Below, one piece after another: positions 50,844 to 61,688 of a DNA stretch of 64,000 nucleotides. Source of the DNA: Synechococcus sp. (lineage in GTDB: Bacteria; Cyanobacteriota; Cyanobacteriia; PCC-6307; Cyanobiaceae); contig JBJBDC010000001.1 of the NCBI GenBank assembly GCA_047285535.1, forward strand, positions 160,136-224,135, given 5' to 3'. Below the pieces are notes generated by a model that searched no databases, was not told the origin of the DNA, and saw nothing but the letters and a program-made list of their open reading frames with translations. The position numbers and the translations under genes are program-made. Position 1 is the first letter of the stretch, and the number at the start of each line of letters is the position of its first letter.

Positions 50844-50883
50844 AATAGTCCTTCCAATACGAAGGACTATTCATTTTCCTTTT
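50844..50883 (+). terminator. Hairpin with T-rich tail
   Basis: AATAGTCCTTC-caatac-GAAGGACTATT perfect 11-bp stem, then CATTTTCCTTTT. Confidence 0.55.
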
Positions 50884-52199
50884 GTCTTTCTTTATGAACA
50901 ATCAATGACTCCTGTTTGCCCGTATGTAGCTGAGACTTTCTGTCTTGCCGATTCATCGTGGCTTCCTTCCCTTCAACTACTCGCCGATGCCACTCGACAG
51001 GATTAGGCTAATCTGACGTCTTTATTGACTGCCATTTACTGATCAATGCTCTATGACTTTACGAGTTCTTTAGAGTGATCAATGAATGCTTTCCTATTGT
51101 ATGAGTTTGGTTTAGAATTCTCAAGGGTGCCATTATTATTATGCAAACGAATGTCTGTTCTTTGTATTTCTCTTTCCACTCTGGCTGATCGAGGAAAATC
51201 CTGCATAGTCTAAATGAGCTCCTGTTACCATTCTATTTGATTGATCCTTAATTGGTTTGAATGGATATCCTTCTGCGCTTTTTCTTGATCTTTTGATCTA
51301 TAGATATAGTCGTCTGATTTTCTCACTGGCACTAATCCTTTATGTCTCTATCGAAGGAAACCAATTTTTGGAGTTTAGAAATGATCCCCCATCTTTTTCC
51401 AGGGACTTGCGTCTATTTAATGGTGTCCGGGGCTCGCTGATTCCATTGATTGTCCAGCACAAATCTTCTTTTTTGTTGCAGGGAGCTCTTGATCTGCCTC
51501 ATTTCAGTCTGGGTTTGAGCCTCATGTGTTCTCATCTACGGTTGTGGAATGTGGAGTCATACGTATTCGCTTTGGTTGGGACGGTATTGATTCCTCGCTT
51601 GTACTGCTTTTCAGTAGCTTGTATGCATGTCTTTTTATTTGTCATTGTTGATAGGATCTTTTCCTGTTTTTCACTTTAATGTCAACTTAAGGGTGCTTTA
51701 CTCCTGGTCGTGACTCTTCTTGGCAGGCTTATTTCCTTATTGGCAATCAAGGATTGGCATCATTATTTTTGCTGTTTTTTATTGATTGCAATGCTGAGTT
51801 AATGCTGTTTATCTCCTGCGAGAACCTCAGCCTTTTGTTTCTACGTCCTTTCACGAGTTTGTTCCATTGGTCGGTTGTTTCCTGTCGATTGTGGCCTTTA
51901 TGAAACTTGTCTGATCTTGAGTGTCCATGTAGTTTTCTAGCTTTTTGATCATCGTCTTCTCATTTTCATGCTTCTGTCCGATTTACTCATCCGATATCCT
52001 CGGAATTAGCTGACTATTTTAGTTTTGGTGCTTCAACTTGCTTCATGTCATCTGATGGCTGTCTTTGTTTCAGACTCGTTCGTTTCTCTATCGCTTCAAG
52101 ATTCCTTCTTTATTCCCCAGCCCTAGGAGCTTCTAATTTGGCTGTATCTCTTGACGAGCCAGGCTGAACGCGCGTTCATCTGCGAAGTTACTAAATCAC

Positions 52200-52451
52200 G
52201 TGACCACGACTAAAAGAGTGATGCTGACAGTTGTCGCATCCGCTATAGTCCTACCCTCTGTGGTGAATCTGGCAATTTGGTTTGCCCTTGCCGCAAGGAG
52301 CTTTCTTTGGGACCTTCACTTTCTCGTTTATAGACCCGTGCCTCCATGGTTAACGACTGTCTCGTTTGCAGTGATAGTCGTTGTTGGGTGGGCTGCTCTC
52401 TTATCGCTTGTTCTTTGGATGTATTGGTTCATCTGGAGTAAAGAGAATTGA
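52200..52451 (+). CDS. Small two-TM membrane protein
   Basis: Two hydrophobic helices with charged termini. Confidence 0.55.
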   Translation: MTTTKRVMLTVVASAIVLPSVVNLAIWFALAARSFLWDLHFLVYRPVPPWLTTVSFAVIVVVGWAALLSLVLWMYWFIWSKEN

Positions 52452-53609
52452 GGCCACATGCTTTAAGGCTTAATGGGATTATCCCTAGAAGCATCACTCC
52501 TTAAGTTTCCCGGACTGTCTTCTTTTTCTCTATTGAATTCATTCGATTCCTGGTTACTCTCGATGTCTGGATATCTGATGCTGGTATGAGAAAATCAGAT
52601 CCTCTGACTCCAATGTTTTGCGCGTAGAACTGTTTCACTACAAGCTTTGATGTCCCTAATTGATGGAGAATCATATGCCATGGTTTCCGATACTTACAAT
52701 GCTTTTTCAGTTTTTGGCGATGATGTATGTTCTGGATTAGGCGTATCAATACTGGGCAAATCGTTGGATATTCTCCCGTTAAGGTGTATCGGCTGATGTT
52801 TCTTTTTCATGTACTCTACACTTCTCATTTCGTTGTAACTTGGTTTATAGACTGAGCAAACTTTGCAGTGCTTGGACTTCTTGTTTTTTTTGTCTGGGTA
52901 GTGATGGTAGAAATTTCTATTGGGGCTCATCAATGCCTGTTCATGATGTGGAATCAATCTTGACTTGTTTGGGCCTATTCTTATTGGCTGTTGCTAATAA
53001 TGAGTTTTCGTATTTCGAATCATCACCTTTGTTTTGGAATCTTTTATCAAGAGTGTCCTTCCTATGCTTTTAGTTTCCTCCTTCCATTGATTTGACTTTC
53101 AACCCTTTTTAGCAACGATCAAGACTGCAGATTCGTACTTATTGTCTATTCTCTTGCTTGACGATCTAATCTGTGATCGCTTAATCGCAATTCAAACTTT
53201 ATTTGGTGTTACCTTCAAACTTTTCTTGGAAGGATCTTTTCCCAGGCCTCCGGATTATTCGTTGGCACATTTATCCATAAAAGTTCAGGTCGGACAGCCT
53301 TGCTTAGATGGCCGACTGTTGAATTGAGTTGGCTCATCCTCATCTGTTTGAGTATCAGCTTTGAGATCTTCAACAATTTGTCTTGATTCAACGCGCACTC
53401 ACAGCATTTTAGGTCCTATCAGCAAACACTTTGTTTCGTGCCGCACTCTGCCGAAACTAGTGGCGATAAGGGTTCGTCAAACTTGAAGCCATATCGAATC
53501 TATTTATGCTTGAGCAGAAATTTTGAGCTGATCTGACACAGACTTCGAGAATTCCTGCCATGAGTTCCATTGGGGTTTGGAGTGAGTTAATGCGGTCATC
53601 CCGTCTTTT

Positions 53610-53831
53610 TTATTCCCACTTAATTGTGCAGCGGTAGCGAGAGCTAAAATCACCGGTCCCAATCGTCACGCAGTTTGTCTCCGTGATAGTGGCTCCTTCT
53701 GGAACCTTTGCTCTGAGGTTATTCAACGTGATTTCTTCGCTGACCCCACTTCCTGTTGCTGATTTCGTTTTGGCCTCTGCACCGTTCCCGAAGAGCATTA
53801 ATCCAGCCAACAGTCCAATCACGAGCTTCAT
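53610..53831 (-). CDS. Small secreted protein with two Cys
   Basis: GGAGAG RBS, signal MKLVIGLLAGLMLFGNGAEA, C-terminal YRCTIKWE. Confidence 0.75.
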   Translation of the reverse strand: MKLVIGLLAGLMLFGNGAEAKTKSATGSGVSEEITLNNLRAKVPEGATITETNCVTIGTGDFSSRYRCTIKWE

Positions 53832-54391
53832 TGCTATTCATTCAACTCTCCTATTACTAGCTACTCAGCCAGGATCAGCACACGAATCACTTCTTATATC
53901 TCGATAAGTGCCACGGCACAACTCCTCTAGGCACCAGTTCCTTTGAGTCGTTCTCTCTATGCTGCTGATGTTGAGACAACTGTTGCAACTCGCGTCCCTT
54001 CAGTTTTATTTCCTCCTCTTCCACCCTGTGTTGTTGATACGGTCGTAGGCAAAGTAATTAGCACTCGAAATTCCGGTAAGCGACTGTCTCTGATTGTCTG
54101 AATCAGTTCATTCCGATGGGCAAGATACAATCCGACCCAAATCAAAGATTGATTAATTAAACGCTAGGTTTATGGATTGAATATCGATCTTGCTCGGATT
54201 CGTTAATTGTATCCCTATCTGCGTCATCGCTGTCGGCTGAACACTTGTCGTACATCTGGATTGATAACTGCAATCCTTCCATACCCTTAATAGTCCTTGT
54301 CTTATTGATATTTACCGAAATCTCTTCTATTGTTATGCGTCTAGGCCTAAGATTCCTATTAAGAATTTGATTGCTGTGGCTGTGTACATTG

Positions 54392-54736
54392 TCACCAAGT
54401 CACTCTGATATTCCCTCCATTTGGGCCCTGAAATGTTACCCCGCCTTCGGGACCACGTGGTTCATAGCGAGGTCCCCAATTGATAGGCCTACGACCCTGC
54501 CACCAATCTCCATTACGTCTGCAAACACCATCGCCCTCGTAGTGGTATCCAATTGCACATACCTGATGGTCTCTTCGGCCTTTGGGCTTGCAATACCCAG
54601 CTCCCAGTGCGGGTCCAGTTTGTACCCAGCGTGCATGGGGACCGCAGTTTTGTGCTGCTTCTGTTGGCACACCAGCACCTGCAACTACCTGGAATGCTGC
54701 AAAAATTCCTACAGCAACCGAGCTAGGTCTCAGCAT
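54392..54736 (-). CDS. Secreted Gly/Cys-rich protein, GCG_CRPN-like
   Basis: Signal peptide ending TEA-AQ, then NCGP...CKPK and CAIGYH...GVCRRN modules, then a G/P/R/W-rich tail. Confidence 0.72.
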   Translation of the reverse strand: MLRPSSVAVGIFAAFQVVAGAGVPTEAAQNCGPHARWVQTGPALGAGYCKPKGRRDHQVCAIGYHYEGDGVCRRNGDWWQGRRPINWGPRYEPRGPEGGVTFQGPNGGNIRVTW

Positions 54737-55041
54737 TGAGTTCTTTCCAATAGTACTAATCAAAACATGACAATAGTGCTGGCTTTTGTCAGATGAGCTC
54801 AATAAAATCTTACAAATATTGCAAGTGAGCAGGATGAGCTCGGCATACGTGTCATGTTTTGTTTGAATTGTAAGGACTTCTGACTCTCTACAAGCCCGGC
54901 TAAGTATTGATCTAGGTGCGTTATCGAGAGTCCCTTTGTCAGTTCAATCCCAGGGTTTAATCTTTTCAAGATTGCTAATTATTTTTCCTGGTCTCCTTGT
55001 ACTGACTTGCTGTTCTTTGATGGCTGAGCCCTTTACTCGAA

Positions 55042-55524
55042 TTATCGTTGAAACCAAGCTGTGAGCGCTACCGCTAGGGCGTCTGCAGCGTCGTCGGGAC
55101 GCGGGGGTGTGTCGAGTTCAAGTTCGCGCATCACGGCTTCCAGTACTTCATCTTTGTCCGCGTGTCCGTGGCCCGTTAGAGCTTGCTTGATTTGCATCGG
55201 CGGGAATTCCACAATCGGTAGTCCAAAGCGTGTGAGTGTCATAATCAGCACCCCTCGTGCTTGGACTACTGCAATGGTGTTGTTAGAGCGGTAGAAAAAA
55301 AACTTCTCAACGCTTGCCAGTTCGGGTGTGTGGATTCGAATGATCTGGCGTAAGTCGCGTGCAATTTCCAACATTCTTTCCCCTTCGCTACGACCTGGAT
55401 CAGTACGGATAATTCCGCAGTCGATCATTTTTTGTTTACCAGTATGTCTACCCTCTTGTGATTGCACTTCGATCACCCCATAGCCAACGCGTGCAAGGCC
55501 TGGATCAATGCCAAGGATTCGCAA
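55042..55524 (-). CDS. ruvC: Holliday junction resolvase RuvC
   Basis: ILGIDPG, VEKFFF, PDDAADALAVA. Confidence 0.97.
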   Translation of the reverse strand: MRILGIDPGLARVGYGVIEVQSQEGRHTGKQKMIDCGIIRTDPGRSEGERMLEIARDLRQIIRIHTPELASVEKFFFYRSNNTIAVVQARGVLIMTLTRFGLPIVEFPPMQIKQALTGHGHADKDEVLEAVMRELELDTPPRPDDAADALAVALTAWFQR

Positions 55525-55530
55525 TTTCGT

Positions 55531-56619
55531 TTATCCAGCAAGAGCCAGTTTGAATTCAGCACGATCGCTGGATTCATTGCGTTCGAATACCTTGCAGAAC
55601 ACTTTGATGACCCGATCGCCGGAGTCAATTTGTTCTAGTGGATCTTTGCGCAGTCGATGGCGCAGGCAGCATGACACGACCCTGGCGATGTCATCTTCGC
55701 TGACTTCGGTGCGCCCCTCAAACGCCGCTAAAGCCCTTGCCGCCCGATTGGTGACGATGTCACCACGCAGTCCATCCACATCCAATTCGCCGCAGACTGA
55801 TGAAATGCTTAAGCGCAAATCATCATCAATAGTCACTTGCTCTAGTCGGTGCTGCGCTTCCACAACCCTTGCTTGCAGGGCGTCTTGGCCAGCCCTCAGG
55901 CTCAAGCTGAAGGCATCGGGGTCACTATCGAATGCTGTGCGTTGGTCCACCACTTTGACTCTGAGTTCGGGATCACGAACGGTGCGGACCTCGACGCTCA
56001 TGCCAAAGCGGTCAAGTAGCTGGGGACGGAGCTCTCCCTCTTCTGGGTTGCCAGATCCGATCAGCACGAACCTTGCAGGATGTCGCACCGATACCCCTTC
56101 CCGCTCCACGGTATTCCAGCCTGATGCGGCTGAATCCAAAAGCACATCAACAAGATGGTCGTCGAGCAAGTTGACCTCGTCGACGTAGAGAAGACCACGA
56201 TTGGCCTTGGCGAGCAAGCCAGGCTCAAATGCGCGTACACCTTCGCTGAGTGCTTTTTCAATATCGATCGTTCCACAGAGGCGATCTTCCGTAGCTCCAA
56301 GGGGAAGGTCAACCATCGGGACTTGCCTTTGCTCGGTCCCAAGGGCTTCGCCGTGTTCCAATCGCTGCCTCACTTCACTGCTTTGCAGATCTGGGTCAGT
56401 TGGTGAGCTGTTGTAAGGGTCACCGGCAACGACCTCAATGGCTGGCAAGAGGTCTGCAAGGGCACGGATCGTGGTGGATTTGCCTGTGCCTCGATCTCCC
56501 ATGATCATCACGCCACCGATCCGTGGGTCAATCACGTTGAGCAGCAGAGCCAACTTCATCTCTTCCTGCCCGATGACGGCGGTGAAGGGAAAGACCCTGC
56601 GCTTGCGCGGTGAACTCAC
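55531..56619 (-). CDS. chlI: Magnesium chelatase ATPase subunit I
   Basis: FPFTAVIGQEEMK, GDRGTGKST, LYVDEVNLL, RHRLRKDPL. Confidence 0.98.
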   Translation of the reverse strand: MSSPRKRRVFPFTAVIGQEEMKLALLLNVIDPRIGGVMIMGDRGTGKSTTIRALADLLPAIEVVAGDPYNSSPTDPDLQSSEVRQRLEHGEALGTEQRQVPMVDLPLGATEDRLCGTIDIEKALSEGVRAFEPGLLAKANRGLLYVDEVNLLDDHLVDVLLDSAASGWNTVEREGVSVRHPARFVLIGSGNPEEGELRPQLLDRFGMSVEVRTVRDPELRVKVVDQRTAFDSDPDAFSLSLRAGQDALQARVVEAQHRLEQVTIDDDLRLSISSVCGELDVDGLRGDIVTNRAARALAAFEGRTEVSEDDIARVVSCCLRHRLRKDPLEQIDSGDRVIKVFCKVFERNESSDRAEFKLALAG

Positions 56620-58004
56620 GGGTGAACGTATGTTGTTGAACTGGATTGTTTCACAGGCAGCACCGTAAGGACTTGCGGAGGTGTTGCATCGGCGGGGTAG
56701 ATCAGTCGAACGCGCACCTTTCGAGTCTGTCCTGGCGCCAAAGCGACTTCACCGAGGATCGGTCCTTTTTGACCACGACGTAACACCAGGTGGAACAGAC
56801 GAGGGCCCATCGCTCGGCCACTTTCTCCATCCAGGCCAGTCACCTCAATGGGGCCTCGAAACATCACAGGACCACGATCTCCTTGTTTGAACTGCAATTT
56901 GCCATTGCCGCTGCCTTGTTTGACGGGTGATTCCAGTGCAATTGCAATCGAGCGAGTCTTGTCGTCCGGGTTGTGCAGCGGGAGGTTGAGGTCATATTCC
57001 ATTCCGTAATTGCCATGGGCCGCCCAGGCTGTTCCCTGATCAAAGGCTTTGAGTTCAGCTGTTTGTACCTGACCTGTTCCCAGATCGCCTCGTTCCAAGC
57101 TGCTGATTGGCCATGAAATTGGTGCGTTATCAATGTTCAGGTTCTTGGAACCTGAATCGTTCAAGGTGCCGCTCCAGGTGCTGCCAATCTGAATGCCACT
57201 CACTCTTGAGTAAATCATTTTCCCTGTGCTCCCTCTTGGAGAGGGTTCGTGTTCTTTTGGACTTCGTGTTCCCGCGGCAAGCAATGTTCTTAAACGTTGA
57301 TTGGTGGGTGGTTTGTCGTTTTTTCCATAAGCTGCCACTGTGGCCAAATACACAGGCGCGGAACTCTTCAGCCTTAACTGCAGATTTCGGCCGTTGAGCA
57401 ACGGGTCCAGTCCTGCGACGGGAATAGGCAGGACCAGCAAAGGGCTGGCTTTGTCCGGGGCAATCTTGATTTGACGTGGAAGTTCAGGAGCCCGATCGCC
57501 ACGCAGCAAGTCACCTGCCACTCGGCTCCCTGGACCAGAGGCAATGGGAGTGGTGGTTTCTGCCATCAGTGATGGCAGTGGAAGAAAAGGAGCTGATGTT
57601 TGACCAGGCTTGGTGCCCTGGGATAGGGAGGTGCTGCCTTCGATAATGTCCAATGTGACGGGCTGCTTTCCGAGTGGTTGAGCTAACACCGCCAACCACA
57701 AGGTGGATGTCAGTTCTTCTGGTTTGCCCGCAAAGACATGATGGCTGAACAGGTCAAAGCGTCCATCTAAAGCAACATTGAGGCCTTGGTTGGCTGGAAA
57801 GGTGGACAGCAGAATCCCTTCACTGGTAATCAATTCTGGGTTGTTGTCATTCACCATCAGTACCTCATCCAAGTGGCCAGGGAGCTGACGCACCTGCTGT
57901 TGACGCACGACAGCAGTCTCCTCCTGCGTATTGCCCTTTGATGGCACGGCAGGGATGTGGGTGAGGCAGAGGGCTGCCAGGACCAGCAGCGGAGAACTTC
58001 GCAT
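56616..58004 (-). CDS. DUF3370-like exported protein
   Basis: NDNNPE...GILLSTFP, FDLFSHH, AAHGNYG, YPADATPPQVLT. Confidence 0.85.
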   Translation of the reverse strand: MRSSPLLVLAALCLTHIPAVPSKGNTQEETAVVRQQQVRQLPGHLDEVLMVNDNNPELITSEGILLSTFPANQGLNVALDGRFDLFSHHVFAGKPEELTSTLWLAVLAQPLGKQPVTLDIIEGSTSLSQGTKPGQTSAPFLPLPSLMAETTTPIASGPGSRVAGDLLRGDRAPELPRQIKIAPDKASPLLVLPIPVAGLDPLLNGRNLQLRLKSSAPVYLATVAAYGKNDKPPTNQRLRTLLAAGTRSPKEHEPSPRGSTGKMIYSRVSGIQIGSTWSGTLNDSGSKNLNIDNAPISWPISSLERGDLGTGQVQTAELKAFDQGTAWAAHGNYGMEYDLNLPLHNPDDKTRSIAIALESPVKQGSGNGKLQFKQGDRGPVMFRGPIEVTGLDGESGRAMGPRLFHLVLRRGQKGPILGEVALAPGQTRKVRVRLIYPADATPPQVLTVLPVKQSSSTTYVHP

Positions 58005-58012
58005 GGGTTAGA

Positions 58013-59140
58013 TCAGGTTGAGCGTTGACGGGGTGGAGCTGGCTTTGGTTTGAGCAAAGGTGCCATGGCTGCGGCCATGTTGCGAATCAGTTCTGTTGAG
58101 CGTGGGTCGTTGAAGGGGCCTTGCACTAAAAATGCAGCAACCGCGCGGCGACCATCTGGGAGTTCGATCAGGCCTGCATCGGCGTAAGCGATGCCAATGT
58201 CTCCTGTTTTGTTGAGCACTCGATAACCCTTGATCATCAGGCTGTCATCCGGTTCCCCTTGATTGCCTCCCAGACCTTTCAGCAGACCACCGGGAAGTAA
58301 ACGGTTGGTCACAGAAGTCCCCATGACCTGCCGGAATAAATCGCGGCTTCGTATCGAGAGTGCTTCTCCAGTGTCCACGAGCGCGATCGCTCTCGCCAGA
58401 TCACGGGCGCTGGTGGTATTGGTGCCTTTCAAGTCAGGAAGCCAGTTGTTCACCATGGTGGCGCTGAGTCCAAGACTGTTGAAACGGGCGTTGAGATCCT
58501 CTCGACCGCCGACGCGTTCGATGAGCAGGTTGGTGGCGGTGTTGTCGCTCACGCGGATCATTTCAGTGGCGACTTCATGGGTCGGAAAGCGCGTCCCTAG
58601 AGGTTTGCTGGCCATCCAGCCTGCTCCTCCTCCCACCACCGTTTTGCTGAGGGTTAGGGGTTCATTCCAGTTCAGTCGTCCTGCATCAATTTCCTCGAGG
58701 GCTACTAGCAGGATCGGTGTTTTGATTGCACTGGCCGCTGGAAGTGCAGTATCTGGATTGAGCTCCGCGTACCTGCCATCATCAAGGGCGAGCATGAACG
58801 CACTCACCTTGAGGTCAGGTTCAAGGGCGGCCAAGTCTTGCCAGCGTTGACTCAAGGCGGTCAGCTCCTGCTTGGTCTCAAAACGTCCAAGCGTGTCCGT
58901 GCTGCTAGGAGGATTGATGCCGGTTGCTGCTGGATCCTCTGGTTTGTTGATGGGTGGGGTGACGTTTGGAGTGAGCCAACTGGGAAGGCTTAGCTCACCG
59001 CGCTGAACAGCTGGACCCGCTAATTTCAAGGCTGATCCAGCAATCACACCCAGGCCAACACCCATCAGAATCAGGCGCAGTAACAACCTCAGTGGACGTC
59101 CCCATCCAGGGGGTTGATGACTGGAACGACTGGAGGCCAA
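58013..59140 (-). CDS. Serine hydrolase, class A beta-lactamase-like
   Basis: SAIK (SxxK), SDN, KTG motifs; N-terminal TM. Confidence 0.92.
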   Translation of the reverse strand: MASSRSSHQPPGWGRPLRLLLRLILMGVGLGVIAGSALKLAGPAVQRGELSLPSWLTPNVTPPINKPEDPAATGINPPSSTDTLGRFETKQELTALSQRWQDLAALEPDLKVSAFMLALDDGRYAELNPDTALPAASAIKTPILLVALEEIDAGRLNWNEPLTLSKTVVGGGAGWMASKPLGTRFPTHEVATEMIRVSDNTATNLLIERVGGREDLNARFNSLGLSATMVNNWLPDLKGTNTTSARDLARAIALVDTGEALSIRSRDLFRQVMGTSVTNRLLPGGLLKGLGGNQGEPDDSLMIKGYRVLNKTGDIGIAYADAGLIELPDGRRAVAAFLVQGPFNDPRSTELIRNMAAAMAPLLKPKPAPPRQRST

Positions 59141-59165
59141 GTCGAGGAAACAAGAAAACTAGAGG

Positions 59166-59894
59166 TTACGGGCGACCGCGTCGTGCTGCCCAACGTAATT
59201 GACGAACCATGCCCCTTAAGAGTGCGACTTCGTCACTACGAATCAGAGCTCGTTGCACCAGTCCTTTCACCTTGGCCATTCGTGCGCGTGCTGTGTGATC
59301 TAACAGGAATCCCACTTCGAGTAAGAGGGCTTCCGCATCGCGCAGGCAGTCTTCAAGCTCAGGAGCACTGGCTGGGATCGCGGTTCGATTCGAATCTGGC
59401 TTTGTACCGGATCGCCGTTCTCGTTCCAGTTCATGCAGGACGATCGCTACGGCATGGGAGAGATTGAGAGAGGGGTAGAGGTCTCCGGTGTGTAATTGGA
59501 CTACCCGTTGGCTGAACTGGAGCTCTTCATTAGACAGACCGCGATCTTCTCGCCCGAACACCAAGGCCGATCGAAGGCCTTGCGTTCTGCCACGGTCAAT
59601 CCAAGGCGCAATGTCTTCGGGAGATTGCAAGGGGATATCGCCGTGGTCGATGCGACCGCAACTGGCAACGATTTGCTGGCAGTCGGCCACGGCCTCCAGC
59701 AACGAGGTGAATATCGAGGCATTGGCAAGTACAGCATCACCATGAACGGCCATCCGTACAGCCTCCGGATCGGATGGATTGCATTTTGGTGAAACGAGCC
59801 TTAAATCTTGAATGTTGTAATTCGCGCACAATCTGGCGATGCTGCCGACATTCAGGGGTCCTGCCGGCTCAACCAGCACGATGGCCAACGTCAA
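59166..59894 (-). CDS. trmJ: SPOUT RNA methyltransferase, TrmJ family
   Basis: LVEP..P.NVGSIAR, VFGREDRGL, SLNLSHAV. Confidence 0.9.
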   Translation of the reverse strand: MTLAIVLVEPAGPLNVGSIARLCANYNIQDLRLVSPKCNPSDPEAVRMAVHGDAVLANASIFTSLLEAVADCQQIVASCGRIDHGDIPLQSPEDIAPWIDRGRTQGLRSALVFGREDRGLSNEELQFSQRVVQLHTGDLYPSLNLSHAVAIVLHELERERRSGTKPDSNRTAIPASAPELEDCLRDAEALLLEVGFLLDHTARARMAKVKGLVQRALIRSDEVALLRGMVRQLRWAARRGRP

Positions 59895-60280
59895 GAGAAG
59901 GTTTTGAGATAAGCGAGCAGGTCGGCCATGTTTTGAGGTTCAATTTCGAAACGGGGCATTGGTGGTGTTTCACCACTGACCACCTGATGAATGATTTGCA
60001 TATCCCTACGACGATCGCTGATACCTTTCAGGCTTGGACCAACCAGGCCCTGGCCTGCAATGCCATGACATCCGGCGCAGTTGATGCGAAACATCTGACC
60101 GCCGTGCTGCTCAGATCCCACCAACGCAAGTGTTGCTTTGGTGTACGGATCTTTCCTTGAATTTCCCAGCATCCAAATCAGCAAAACTATGCAGGCCAAT
60201 GCCGCGAGCACCGTCAGAGCGGCAATGAGTCCGCGACTTCGCTCCGGAATTGCTGCAGCAGTTGATGACGGTGCCGTCAC
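59891..60280 (-). CDS. cytM: Cytochrome cM
   Basis: TM anchor, NCAGCHG heme motif, GETPPMPRF. Confidence 0.9.
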   Translation of the reverse strand: MTAPSSTAAAIPERSRGLIAALTVLAALACIVLLIWMLGNSRKDPYTKATLALVGSEQHGGQMFRINCAGCHGIAGQGLVGPSLKGISDRRRDMQIIHQVVSGETPPMPRFEIEPQNMADLLAYLKTFS

Positions 60281-60336
60281 AGAAAAGACCTGGCCATGGA
60301 ACAATTGTGCTCAATCATTTCATTGGGCGCGAGAAC

Positions 60337-60450
60337 ATGATCGAACCCCTGCTTTGCGGCATTGTTCTGGGCTTGATTCCGATCACCCTCTTGGGTTTGT
60401 TCGTAGCTGCTTGGAATCAGTATCGTCGTGGCAGCGCTCTTGGAGGCTGA
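60337..60450 (+). CDS. petG: Cytochrome b6-f complex subunit V
   Basis: [32 protein letters not shown]. Confidence 0.97.
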   Translation: MIEPLLCGIVLGLIPITLLGLFVAAWNQYRRGSALGG

Positions 60451-61000
60451 GAAGCAGTAGGGCACTACTGCCGTAGTGTCTTTGATTAATCACACTCCAA
60501 GACGGGCAGGGGGTCAAGGGCCTGGTTTTGGTGTGTTCACAAATCAAAAGTCCTTCTTGGGCGACCCAGTCGCCGTCCAATAGCGCATCAAGCGTTGGCT
60601 GATACAGATCAGATCCGTACGGCGGATCGAAATAGATGAGATCAAATTTTTCTAGAGATTGTGGGCGGCCCCCCTTTAGCCAGCCGACTACATCGCCACG
60701 GATCACTTGAATGGTTGGGGAGGGAGACTTACCTTCCGAGACCATCTTGAGATTTTGGCGGCAGATGGATGCCGTTTTTGGATCTTTTTCCACGGCCCAC
60801 ACTCGTGTTACGCCCCGTTCAATGGCTTCGCAACCCATGACGCCGCTCCCGCTGCAAAGGTCCAGCCATGAGGCACCTTGCAAATCTGGTGCGAGCATAT
60901 TCATGACTGCTTCTCGCACACGCGCTGTGGTGGGTCTGGTGCCTGAACCAGCCGGACTGCGCAGGCGACGTCCTCCGCTTAAACGCAAGAGACCACTCAA
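60383..61000 (-). CDS. rsmD: 16S rRNA m2G966 methyltransferase
   Basis: [27 protein letters not shown] start overlaps the hisH stop. Confidence 0.93.
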   Translation of the reverse strand: MSGLLRLSGGRRLRSPAGSGTRPTTARVREAVMNMLAPDLQGASWLDLCSGSGVMGCEAIERGVTRVWAVEKDPKTASICRQNLKMVSEGKSPSPTIQVIRGDVVGWLKGGRPQSLEKFDLIYFDPPYGSDLYQPTLDALLDGDWVAQEGLLICEHTKTRPLTPCPSWSVINQRHYGSSALLLLSLQERCHDDTDSKQLRTNPRG

Positions 61001-61647
61001 GGCATTAACGGTGCACCCTGTTGCAGCCATTCCAACCATCGCAATAGCAACCGTTGGCCGGTTAGAGCCGATTTCTCAGGGTGAAATTGACAAGCTCCAA
61101 GTCGATTGCGCCAGATCGCAGCCGTAGCGTGCCCACATCCAAATTCAACGCTTGCAGCAAGATCAGTGGCTTCGTCAGGCTCCGCCGCGAATGAATGAAC
61201 GAAATACATCCATTCGGCGCCTGAAGGATTTGGTAGCAGCGGTGAAGGACGATCGATGTGAAGGCGCCCCCATCCCATGTGAGGGATACGTTCTCCTTGA
61301 TCCTTAGGGAGGCGCTTCACTCGACCTGGCAGCAAGCCAAGTCCGTTCCTTTGGCCTTCCTCGCTTGACTCAAATAACAATTGCAACCCCAGGCAAATTC
61401 CAAGCAGAGGGAGATTGGCTGCGTTCCAGGCTCGCAACTCGGGAATGAGTCCTGTGGCATCGAGACGATCCATTGCTGGGTCAAATGCTCCGACGCCAGG
61501 AAGGATCAGGGCCTGGCAACCCTCTAATTGATCAGGGTTTTGGATTGCCTTAAGGGGGCTCCCCAAGCGTTCGAAACACGTTCGCACAGAAAATAGATTT
61601 CCCATGCCGTAATCGATCAGTCCAATGGTGGGAGCTGAATTGGGCAT
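60997..61647 (-). CDS. hisH: Imidazole glycerol phosphate synthase glutaminase subunit
   Basis: DYGMGNL, LPGVGAF, GICLGLQ, YFVHS, QFHPEKS. Confidence 0.97.
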   Translation of the reverse strand: MPNSAPTIGLIDYGMGNLFSVRTCFERLGSPLKAIQNPDQLEGCQALILPGVGAFDPAMDRLDATGLIPELRAWNAANLPLLGICLGLQLLFESSEEGQRNGLGLLPGRVKRLPKDQGERIPHMGWGRLHIDRPSPLLPNPSGAEWMYFVHSFAAEPDEATDLAASVEFGCGHATAAIWRNRLGACQFHPEKSALTGQRLLLRWLEWLQQGAPLMP

Positions 61648-61688
61648 GGCATCAATGGGAATGCTTGCAGCAAATGCCCGCTTTTCGT

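Noticed and set aside
51257..51679. 140-aa hydrophobic ORF
   Set aside because: Leu/Phe richness follows from the T-skewed strand; TTG start; no recognisable features
55508..56188. 226-aa + strand ORF, and similar long antisense ORFs (e.g. 58263-58850, 62283-62708)
   Set aside because: Antisense shadows of chlI and other well-supported genes
58013..59140. Acquired beta-lactam resistance gene
   Set aside because: Membrane-anchored beta-lactamase-fold protein in a core operon, typical of cyanobacteria
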